From: Vicugna vicugna
Taxonomy: Eukaryota
Direction: 5' to 3'
Length of the DNA stretch: 64,000 bases
Assembly: GCA_013265495.1 (NCBI GenBank)
Contig: MU058463.1
Coordinates: 1,697,523-1,761,522, forward strand
The translations under genes and the position numbers were made by a program. Shown here one piece after another: positions 25,476-35,940 of this stretch (its first letter is position 1; the number at the start of each line of letters is the position of its first letter). The notes below the pieces were generated by a model that saw nothing but the letters and a program-made list of their open reading frames with translations, made no database searches and was not told the DNA's origin.

Positions 25476-26276
25476 GTTGGAGTCTTTTTCTTTCTTGCAG
25501 TTGAAGATGGGAGTCAACATGTTCCCTTATTATGAGCTAATACACTCAGATTTTTATAAAAAGCAGATGTTCTGAGTTTTAAATTCAAATCATATTGTTA
25601 AGAAACATCCCTTTACTTACTTTTTTCTTCCTTGTCTTCCCTCCGCCCTTTATTCTATTTTCAATTCCTTTATTATTCACAGATCTTTCCATAGATTTCT
25701 ATCCTTCAGAATAGTCTTTGGTCTATTATGGTCTTCCAACGTTAAACCACTTAAATCTGTCCTTTTAATGGAAATGCTTTTTTTCAGCTGTTAAGAAGGA
25801 CATTGCTCTTGACGTGACTGAGTCTAAATTTCCTCCCCCATTCTTTTATGTAGCTTTTATTTTTTCACTGTCCACATTTTCCCCCAAATGCCATTTTATG
25901 GTTTGCTTTCAAAATAGCATTGCCAATATTATAATATCTGCTATTTATATGGTGTTTTACAGCTTTATAAAGCACTTTTATTTCTTTGGTTTATTTATTA
26001 CATTTTGCTTCTTCCAAATGTATTTGTCGAAACTTTTTTCATGTGGAAAATGAGTCATAAAAGAGGCATATATTGTTGTAGACCATCTATTGCCAGAAAT
26101 AGTTTTCTTTTAACTACTTTCAGAATTATATTAATCCTGGAGTTTAAATCATTTTTGAAACAGATTAATCCTGGAATTTAAAGCTCTAAAGCATTATCAT
26201 AATTTCTCATCCTAAAGTTACTTTAGATAATGGTATTATTTATTCATTCATCCATTCATTCGTTCATTTTCTACAG

Positions 26277-26344
26277 ACTGACTATTATAGATCTTGCCAG
26301 CTTCAGTTTGGAAGAACTGTGCCGAGACGTTAGCTTCTTAAAAG
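26277..26344 (+). other. Candidate 68-nt exon, gene unknown
   Basis: Acceptor ttcattttctacag| and consensus donor AAG|gtaagt; one open frame (LTIIDLASFSLEELCRDVSFLK), not recognised. Confidence 0.25.
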
Positions 26345-26859
26345 GTAAGTATTTCTTGAGGAACATTTCTGGCTATGCATTTGTCATGGTCACACATTAG
26401 ATCTCTTTTAAGGTAGGTGCTGGAATTATGAATGTAATTTTGATATGTATATATTTTTTATCCCAGCAGGATTATTATCTTCTTAGTGCTAAAGAATAAT
26501 ATCTCTTTAGTGAGGAATGGTAAGCATTTCTTTCTTTCATTTCTTAAGAAAACAAATAACTATAGTTCAATTTTCACTGTGAAAGTAGGACAAAGTGAAT
26601 TGTGGATTGTTCATAAGAGTGAACATAGCTTGCGATATTTCGGATGCCTTTTCTTTTACTGAGATTTGAGGATTTCAAAGCTGAATTTGTTATGCTACAA
26701 TTTCTCCCTAGATACTTGAGGTGTTCTGTGTACTATCAGAGTTAGTGGGAGATGAAATGACCCATGATGATACATTGACCTTGGATAGTATTTACATTAT
26801 TTTTTTGGAGCATTTTCTTTTCTTTTGCTCTCATAACAGTTTTCTGAAGTAGGTGCTGG

Positions 26860-27752
26860 GTGAGAAACTATCCTTAACCTTGGAAGCTTAAAACATTTAT
26901 TAGCTCACAATTTCTGAGGGTCTGGAACCTGGAAGCAGCCTACCTGGCTGGTTTTGGCATAGGGTCTCTCTAGCGTTACAGTCAAGATATCAGCTAGGGC
27001 TATAGTCATCTCAAGACTTGACTGTTTGAAATATCTAGTTCCAAGTTCACCCACATCGTTATTGGCAGGCTTTACTTCCTCACTGTCTGTTGGCCAGAGA
27101 CTTCAGTTTCTTGCCATATGGGCCTCCCTAGAGGTAGCTTCAGTGTTAATGGCAACTGGCTTAATCCAGGAGAAGGGAAGAGAATATGAGACAGAGAGAA
27201 AGAAGAAGAAGAAGGAGAAGGAGAGGGAGAGGGAGAGGAAGAGGAAAGAGAAGAAAGAGGGGGAGGAGGAGGGGGNNNNNNNNNNNNNNNNNNNNNNNNN
27301 NNNNNNNNNNNNNNNNNNNNNNNNNNNNNNNNNNNNNNNNNNNNNNNNNNNNNNNNNNNNNNNNNNNNNNNNNNNNNNNNNNNNNNNNNNNNNNNNNNNN
27401 NNNNNNNNNNNNNNNNNNNNNNNNNNNNNNNNNNNNNNNNNNNNNNNNNNNNNNNNNNNNNNNNNNNNNNNNNNNNNNNNNNNNNNNNNNGAAAAGAGAG
27501 GGGGGGAGGGGGGGGGGGGGAGGAGGGGAAGGGGAGGAGGAGGAGGAATGAGGAGGAGGAGGAGGAAATGTAAGACAGAAGCCCAGAAGCCACAGTCCTT
27601 TCTATAACCTAATCTCAGAAGTGATATACTATTGCTTCTTCTGTATGCTGTTGTTCACAGAACCCCCAGTACAGTGTAAGAGGGAACTAGATATGAGTAT
27701 GAACACAGATAGGTAAAGATCACTGGGGATCATCTGGGAGGCTGGCTACCAC
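26860..27752 (-). mobile_element. MLT1F-like MaLR LTR with expanded internal purine tract and assembly gap
   Basis: cttaaaacatttattagctcacaatttctgagggtctggaa...gccacagtcctttctataacctaatctcagaagtg...ggatcatctgggaggctggctaccaca. Confidence 0.85.
27194..27568. repeat. GA-rich low-complexity tract flanking a 215-N gap (27276-27490)
   Basis: Direct reading. Confidence 0.95.
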
Positions 27753-27823
27753 AAAAGGCAATCAGACACTACAAAGACAAGTCAGCTGAGCCCCTGGGAA
27801 ACAACTGACTTGCCGTAGATCAA

Positions 27824-27858
<35 letters not shown>
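27824..27858. repeat. (AT)n microsatellite
   Basis: Direct reading. Confidence 0.95.
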
Positions 27859-28646
27859 ATTTTGTGGCTTTGACTGTGGCAGCAAATTTTACACATAAGA
27901 ATCTTATGCTCTTCACAAGCTTTTTTCCCTATGATCATTGATTCCTATACTATGATAAAAATTTACAAGTTAAAAAAAGTTATTACTGGATTCTATGAGT
28001 TATTTTTTCAATTCACTAGTGACTAGATTAGTTTTTTAAGCACAGAAAATGAGGCCTGATGGACATGGACCATTTCCATCACTCATACATTGAACTAGGG
28101 CACCACGCAGGTAGAGAATGCAAAGCCTCCTGTATGACTTTCATCACACTGTCTTCCCTAGTTTCATCAGCCACACCAGAAACTAAGAATGGAGAGTTGT
28201 GATTGCAAAGGCCCTTCACGCCACGAGTGCAGAGATTTGGAAAAGTATATGAGAAAGCAATGAGAATGATGTCATAGGGCTTAAATGTGGTTAAGGTTTC
28301 TATCTACAGAGCAGTAAGTGAAAAACAATGTGATAATTATCAGGAGAATTTTCTACATGTTCAGTCAAACTGTTGAAAAAAAGCTCATATAACTGGAAAC
28401 TTACAGTAATCAAATTGATGATTTACTATTTTCCATCACAAGACTGTTACACACAACATACTATGTTAGTCATTGTACTTTCTGCTTATTATTGTTTATA
28501 ACTTCACAGCATGACACTTGTGGTCCTCTGGAATTGGATTTTTACCTTTCTCAACAGGTCCCATTCCTCAGTCCCTATGATTTATATCTGATGATCCCTG
28601 ACGTTGAAAGTACTTTCACATACCTGTTTTCTTGCCACTTCCGTGC

Positions 28647-28940
28647 ATGCATTCATTTATCTGATAAATGCAAAAGCACATGTACTGTGCCGGGCATAGG
28701 GTTAGATGGCAGAAGGCAAACCAGTTCTCTCTTCTCAGAGGTGTCTTAATTTTTCTGTGGGAGATATTCCTGAATCAATGAGTATAGAAAAGCTCATTGG
28801 ATTATGCTTGCTAAAAATGGTATGAAGGAGGGGGACCAAGTGTTGCAATATTGCACAGGAGGGGATCTCACCTAATGTGTATGGTGGGGAAGGGAAGTTG
28901 ACAAAGTCTTCCCTGAGGAAGTTTTCAATATCTGAGTCTT
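28647..28940 (-). mobile_element. L2 3' end
   Basis: atgcattcatttatctgataaatg...tactgtgccgggcatagggttag...gtcttccctgaggaag. Confidence 0.65.
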
Positions 28941-29229
28941 ACATAAGGCTTGGCACAGGCAAATGCTTAGGTACCCTTAAGACTGTTCTTTGATATGCAG
29001 TTAATTTAGTGGGAATTTCTACAGCCAAGTGCAAAGTTATAGACGTTATATTGCTCTCCTTTGAACATTACTATAAATGTTTAAGTATTGGCCAGTGGTT
29101 TCACATAAAATAGGTGAAAGTAAAGCACAAATTTAAGCATAGGATTAAAGATAACTTTATATAATTTATTATTGTAGTTAATGTATTTTTTCATACATTG
29201 AATAAACTTTTATTAAATAATATGTCATG

Positions 29230-29470
29230 ATGGCAAGAGAATGAGCCTTAGGATCAGAGAGATTTGGAGTCAATCTTCACTTTAGCATTATTGCTTTGGG
29301 GGAGAACCTGAGTCTCACTGAGACTTAATCTATTCATCTGTAAAATGGGGACAGTGATACATAATTTGAGAACTGTTGAGATCATATAGATGAAGTATCT
29401 GCCAACAGGTGGGGCACAGTTGGTCTTCAGTACATGGTAGCTATCATCATCATCACCATTATTGTTATTA
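29230..29470 (+). mobile_element. MIR SINE
   Basis: aagagaatgagccttaggatcagagagatttgg...ttcatctgtaaaatggggacagtgatac...atggtagctatcatcatc. Confidence 0.8.
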
Positions 29471-29799
29471 ATATTTGCCAGTCTTGAAAATAAATCAGAT
29501 TTAGTTTGAGCCATAGGAATTGTTCTGTAATTCAGGTGTAGAAATGTTATCAAAGTTTAAATATCGTTATACAGAGCCCAAGAATTACACTTGTAATTAT
29601 CATTATCCAAGAATACTTGACTACTGTGTGCTTTAGAGAATGTTGTAATATATTCTAACTCAATAATTAGAGGTATTGAAGAACCACAGTATGTGCATAA
29701 AAGAACAGGAAATGACTAAATAGCCTTGATTTCAGTAACTTATATTTATGGTTATGCTAATGTATGTAATTAGGAACTACTTAGTGAAACCCAGAGTGG

Positions 29800-30605
29800 T
29801 GGGAATTGATGGGAGGCAGAAGGAGGTGAAGGCTTAGAGGACACTGTCAGCCCTGCTAAAGATCTAGGCCCTACACCTCGTGTAGGTGACAAAGAGGTAG
29901 TGAAACGTAAGCAGAAGTGTGACGTGGGCAGGTCTGTGTTTCAGATGGCTTGCTTGGGGGAAGGAGCAGAAGATGGATGGAATGAGAAGCAGAGGAACCA
30001 GCTATGGATGTCTTAGTGGACCAGGTGACAATTGCTGAGGAACCGAACTGGTGAGGCGATCACAAAGCAATAAAATAATAAAACTGAGAAATGGTGGTGG
30101 CCTGAGCCAAGTAAAATGAAAATGAATCTAGAAGATTTACTGGTGGGTGGGGTGGTGCGAGGTGAGGGGTTGATGAATTGGATGGAAAAAAGGTAGTAAT
30201 ATTAAAGGAAATGGATGACTCCCTGGAGGTAGTGACAACATTGACAGGAAGGCAGGGAAAGATTTGAGAAAAAAAATTGCAAGGGTAAAAATCAACCAGA
30301 CTTGATGATTAAGTGAATGGTTGGAGGTAAGTTAGAGGACTCGAAAATGATGCCTGGAGGTGCCAACTTTTGATCAACAGAGTATAGCTGAGTAATGTGT
30401 TTAGAGGGGAAGTTTACAATTTCTGCTTTCATCCAACCTGTTGACTATGAAGTGTTTATGGAAAATCCAGGTGGTTATAATAGGTAGATGATTGATAGTG
30501 TCTGTCCTGCAGATGTAAGTCTGGGAGATACAGACAGATATGTGATAGCTGACCTCATGAGTGGATGTTATTGCTTAGGAAGCATAAGTTGAGTGAGAGA
30601 GCAGA
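29800..30605 (-). mobile_element. L2 fragments
   Basis: Purine-rich L2-like motifs (ccaggtgacaattgctgagg; gaagtgtttatggaaaatccaggtgg; gatgtaagtctgggag). Confidence 0.55.
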
Positions 30606-30614
30606 GCCACCCTT

Positions 30615-31310
30615 AACTTCTCCCTTGTCCTTATTCATCAAATCTGTTTTTTTTTTTACCAAGAAACATCTTTGAAACGAGTCCCATTTCTTACATTATT
30701 CCATGCCAGGATTCTCAGTCTGGCCCTTACTATCTGTTTCTGAAAGCCTCCGGAAAACTCTTTCTAACCCCAGCTTCCTTCTCTAGTGCCAACAGAATTT
30801 TTTTCCTGTAATAAAAATCAAATCTGTAATCATCTGATTTGGTGATTAAAGACTGGAATGCGTCTTCACTGCTTACCCAGAGTATAAACCCCACTTTGTA
30901 ACATGAAAATATAAGGGGAGCTCATCTCATACTACAACTACCCATGTGCCCAAGACCGCACCAAACTCACCACCATCTCCGGCACACGTCATGTATTTTT
31001 CTGTGCCTACATCTTCATTCACACTAAACTACTCACTAAAATTTCCCTCTTTATCTTGTTTGCATGATGAGCTACTATCCAGCCTTCAAGAGCCACCTGG
31101 ATGCCATTTTACATTCTGAACATTTCCCTGACTCCGGAATTTTCACCCCATTCCCAATTCAACTGTGTGTATATGTGCATGTCTACATATATGTTCACAT
31201 TTGTTTACATGTTTGCAAGGTTTTTAAAGGCAATTGTGTTGTCTTTTTCATCATGTTATCCCATTACTGGCACATACAAAGCATCTAACAATTGCTTACT
31301 GAATTAAATG
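30615..31310 (+). mobile_element. L2 3' region
   Basis: Ends ctggcacatacaaagcatctaacaattgcttactgaattaaatg (L2 tail). Confidence 0.65.
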
Positions 31311-32434
31311 CAGAAATGAATTCAGTAAAATTCTGTGGATGAATGTATGAAAACAGTCACTAAATTAGATATCTGATTGCTGTGAAGAGACCAATTTAGA
31401 CCAGGGCTTGATTATTAGAAATATATGTTGAAATGTTAATCCTTTTCCCAAGAATCTAAAATCTTGAGACAGCTTCTGCAGTGGTTAAAAGGAAAAAGAT
31501 GGGGTAAACTTGGAAGAGGGCTGGGAAAGCAATACAGATAATCTTTATCACTGAGTGAACTTGGGCCAAGTGAAATTAATTGATGTGAGACTGTGAAATT
31601 AGACTTTACCTGTTATCCACAGTTAATCACATTTTATCCTTCATAGAAAAAGTGAGCTATTGCACCTTCGTGAACTTTAAACATAATTGAAGCTTAAATT
31701 GTAACTGGTGATTTTAAATAATATATATTATTTCCTGAAATAAATGTCTCTTAGAAAAGAATTAGGTAGTTTTTATTTTTCATAACTGAATAGAAAGACA
31801 CTTTTCCCTAGTTATCTCAGGGACATACTAGCAAGGATCAACTATAGTATAGAATAGGTTTGTGTGTGTGTAAATGTGCACACATATAATTTTATGGAAA
31901 ATTAACACAGAATTTTAATAAATAGAAACAAAATTTACAAAATAACTCTCATCACTTTCTCTGATTATACAAATTATACATATTCACTGTAGAAAAACTA
32001 GGAGTTAAATGCACATTTAAAGGAAATAAAAATAACCCCCAATTTTTCCATCTAGAGTCAATAATCATTTTCAACGTATCACAGAATTTCTATCACATAA
32101 AAATTTTTTTAATAATTAGGATCACATCATATATTTTCATTCAAATTTTTCAATTTGGTATTACGAAGTAAGTCAGTAAACATCCTTCAAAAAAACCTAA
32201 ATTTAAGAGCTTTGCAATATCTCATCACATGGTCATTTCTTGGTGTATTTACTGATTCCCTTATTCCAAGCATTTGTGATGTTTCCATTTGTTATTAAAA
32301 TTAGTCATTGCCTTCATTTCTTCACTGCCTGGGCTCTAACACATGATACCCTAAGCTTCTGTAAGTCTCCAAAGATAGCATTATGGCAAAGATCACCAAA
32401 ACCTTCTAATAGCCCCAGTCATAGGTTCTCCGCA

Positions 32435-32685
32435 GCAACAGAGAAACTGCAGATTCTAGAATTAGATGCTGCTGGGTTTAAATTCTGTGCTTACCACTGG
32501 GAAACTTTGTGATCATGGGCAATTTATTTCATTCTCTACAGATCAGTTTTCTCATCTGTAGAATGGAGCTCATTTTTACAAATGTGATTTTCATAGGATT
32601 GCTGGAGAATTCAATGAGCTACCCACTTAAAGGCTAGGAGAAACAACTGGTGTGCAGTAAGCACACAATAAGTGCTAGGTATGAC
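32435..32685 (+). mobile_element. MIR SINE
   Basis: ctgggtttaaattctg...tgtgatcatgggcaattt...cagttttctcatctgtagaatgg...cagtaagcacacaataagtgctag. Confidence 0.85.
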
Positions 32686-32849
32686 TTTCAAAAACTCTTT
32701 AATTCTTGTCTAAATTCTCTCCTGTCTTGGGTTCTATTGCACTAATAGTACTTCTTCCCCTTGTTTCTGTTGATAAATCTTCAAAGTTCTGTTCACGTTC
32801 TTCTAACTCCATTCTATGTACTGCCCTTAGATGACTCTCTCCTTGTATT

Positions 32850-34095
32850 TCTCACACCTCTCTAGGTGCTCCCTTTCTGACCTTTAACAGACTCACTCTC
32901 TTCTATTCGCCGTTAATTAAATGTTGTAGTCTCTCTCCTCACACTGCCCTGTCTCCCTCGCTATTTTGTCCATGTGTTAAGAATTCAGCTACCAATTATG
33001 CAACATTGATTCACATACATTTATTTCTAGCCCAGACCTCTTCTCTGAGTTTCAGACTTTTATTGGATAGGGTGTATTTGCCATCATTTGACTCTATTTG
33101 GTATCTTAAGTTCCCAAAGGCACCCAAAATTCAACATGACCCCAAAACAACATTTTGATCTTCCCAATCCTGCTCCTCTTTCAGTACCACCTGGGCATCA
33201 TCCCGAACCCCATTCTCTCCCATCCTCATTCTATCTGTCATCAGCATATTTGTTTTACCTCCTGAATACTGCTTGAATCCATGTACTTTTCACCATCAAC
33301 ACCCTGGTCCAAACTACCACTGTCTGTTACTTGAAACTTTACCAGCACTCACCTGTTCTCTCCATCTCCAACCAGTGGTCACAATAGTTTCTCCATCATC
33401 CATCCATAGTGAAATTTTCTATTTACCAATCTGACTGGCTCACACTCCTGATTAAATAATTCCCCTGGCTTCCTGATGCTTTAAGGAGAAAAAAGGGTGG
33501 TGGTGGATGACAGTCTCTTTAGCATAACATCTAAGACATCCTCCCTCAATGGATCTTTCCAGTTACACCTTCTTTAAAATTCTTTTTGAAAAATATTTTT
33601 ACTAGAGTACAGTCAGTTACAATGTGTCAGTTTCTGGTGTACATCTCAATGTTCCAGTCATGCATATACATACACATATTCATTTTCATATTCCAGTTAT
33701 ACCTTTTACAACCCTTTCCCCCGTCCATCTTCCTTCCTCTTCCTCCAACTTTAATACTCAGTTGCCCTAAGATCCCTTTCTAGTTCAAATCTTTATGTCT
33801 TTGTTCATGTAACATCCTCTGCTAGGAATGCTTTTTTTCCATGCCCCAACCTGCCCAGTAAATACCTAATATTATTTTGAGACTCAAATCAAAGTTTCCC
33901 CCCCATATAAACCTCTGATCTAAATCAATTGATTGCTTTTATCTCTGACCCATCTGCACATGGCCAAATGTTTATCATACCATCTGCAATATTTTATTGC
34001 ACTTATTTAATTATAGCCCTTACATCCCTCTGTTAGAAAGTAAGTTCCTAGATAAGATTTAAAAGAACACCTAGCGCAGTGCCCAGGACAAAGTA
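32850..34095 (+). mobile_element. L2 LINE hosting the young L1 insertion
   Basis: tttctagcccagacctctt...ggcacccaaaattcaacatgaccc...ctggtccaaactaccactgtct...cacctagcgcagtgcccaggaca. Confidence 0.8.
33572..33690 (-). mobile_element. Young 5'-truncated L1 3' end (camelid-like) with 15-bp TSD
   Basis: TSD ttccagtta(c/t)acctt at 33557-33571 and 33691-33705; body gtacagtcagttacaatgtgtcagtttctggtgtaca...cagtcatgcatatacatac. Confidence 0.8.
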
Positions 34096-34099
34096 ATAA

Positions 34100-34340
34100 G
34101 AAAAGCTAACCTCTCTTCTACTCTTAGTAAGTATCAGGCAGTTTTAAGTGCTTTATGTGTTTCAGCTCATTTAAATTTCAAACAGTCCTATCAGAAGAAT
34201 TAACAGAATAGGAAATGGAGACGGAGTTGAAGTAACTTTCTCAAGGTTGCACAGCTAGTCCACGGCTCCTTCAGAGTTTGAAACCAGAGAAACTAGCCCC
34301 AAATTCCAGCTTTTAAGTACCACCCCCCATACTGCCTTTC
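34100..34340 (-). mobile_element. MIR SINE
   Basis: taagtgctttatgtg...ctcatttaaattt...aagtaactttctcaaggttgcacagctag. Confidence 0.8.
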
Positions 34341-34680
34341 AGAGTAGGCATTTACAAATATTTACAAAATGAATTAATGCATTTCTTTCTAGAGTCTTTA
34401 ATTGACTTTTCTGACAACTGAAAAAATTGTTCCACTTCTGCTTAGAAAAATGTACAGTCCTTTAACACCACGTGCAAATTTTGAGTTTTCAGTCTGTTTC
34501 CGTTTGTTTATTAAGTAGTTTTCTCCCGCCCTTCTTGGATCGCCGCCTTTCTTTAATACTTCAGTTTCTCTTTTTCTCCCTTTTTCTTTCTTTCTTTCTT
34601 TTCCAGTTTCATTCTGCTTAAAGAGAAATTATGCGCTGTGTTGATTGCTAACCCAGAAGTTGCTGGCCCTGCCCTCTTCC

Positions 34681-35121
34681 TGGGTATCTTTCATTTGTCT
34701 CCCCACCGGTCTCTGTGCCCCAGGAGACGGACCTCTGTGAATTGCATCAACAGACTCCCTGCCCTCTGGCTTCAGGTCGAATTCCACCAATAGGAGGCAG
34801 TGACGAGAAATCAGAGCATGGGAGGAAAGTGATGTCAAAGCAGTCCCTGCAAGTATCTCCTGCAAGGTTGTGTAGGATGGGTGAGGGCTACCTGAGTCTC
34901 TTGATGAAGGTCACGCTCCTATTAGCTGGCTTTATTCACACAGTCCTTTTCTCTGGGTTCTAGTACTATTTCTTTCCTTCGTCCTTCATGTTTAGGGTTG
35001 GTGATAGCTGCTGGCTATTGCTAACTAAAAGAAACACCCTGCTTTTCCATTGGTAATGAGATCTTTATTAAGTTATCATTTGAGTGTACAGTTCCTGTCC
35101 TTCTGTATCTCTCTCTGATAG
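34681..35121 (+). mobile_element. LTR33-like (ERVL) solo LTR
   Basis: tgggtatctttcatttg...ctctgtgccccaggag...catcaacagactccctgccctctggcttc...atttgagtgtac. Confidence 0.8.
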
Positions 35122-35129
35122 ACCCCAGC

Positions 35130-35690
35130 ATTTCTTTCAGTTTTTCTAACAGAACTTGAACTTGGTCTATACATCTACCCTTCTGCCTCCAGTTTGTATG
35201 ACTCAGGGGACGATGACCTCCATCTTCACCCAGGGGGAGATTCTCATTGGTATTGGCCAATAATGGACGTCTCATCCCCCTTGCTAGTAACTAAACTAGC
35301 CCAGGAAACTAGGCTTAAGATAATTAGGGTACTGGTGACTGCTCTTACGTCACATGAGATGGGCACAGAGCCTAAGGCATCCCCAGCCATCCGGCAGGGA
35401 GAAGTTTCATCTCATGGTTGAGGGAGCCCCTTTCCTCTCCTATCTCTTCTTCTGGACCTGAACAAAAAAGGTGGATATCTCAGTTGTTGCTGGCAGCTAT
35501 TTTGCAACCATAAGGAGAGCCAACCCGAAGATACAACTAACCCAGAGAAGAGGGCCAAGAGCATTGCCAGGACAAAACTGAAGACCTGAGCATATCAATC
35601 CTGGAGCCTGGCTTACTTCTAGACTCCTATTCCTCTAAGGTGTTACCTATTTTTTAAGTCCATTTGCAGAGATTCCTGATTCTTGCCGTA
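35130..35690 (+). mobile_element. Old MLT1 (MLT1K/J-like) LTR
   Basis: ttgctggcagctattttgcaaccataaggagagcc...cttctagactcc...ttttaagtccattt. Confidence 0.6.
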
Positions 35691-35714
35691 TCTTATTTCC
35701 AAGCCACTATGGTT

Positions 35715-35940
35715 TTTGCAATAGTTAGTTTCTTGAGTGCTTACTGTTTGATGTTTACAGCACTGAGAGTGAAGAACCACAAGGTAGGTGTGGTATCATT
35801 AGCCTCACTGTGCACAGGAGGAAGCGGAGGCTTTGAAATCTTCATTAATTAGTCTCGCTCCCATCACTAGTAAGTACTTCAGTTGTAATCCAAACCTGGG
35901 CTCATCTGACTTCACTCTCATCCTTTAGCTGCATGGCACA
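35715..35940 (-). mobile_element. MIR fragment
   Basis: ttgagtgcttactg...aaggtaggtgtggtatcattagcc...aggaagcggaggc...ccaaacctgggctcatctgacttc. Confidence 0.6.

Noticed and set aside
27026..27607. Arg/Glu/Pro-rich ORFs
   Set aside because: Artefacts of low-complexity purine sequence and the N gap.
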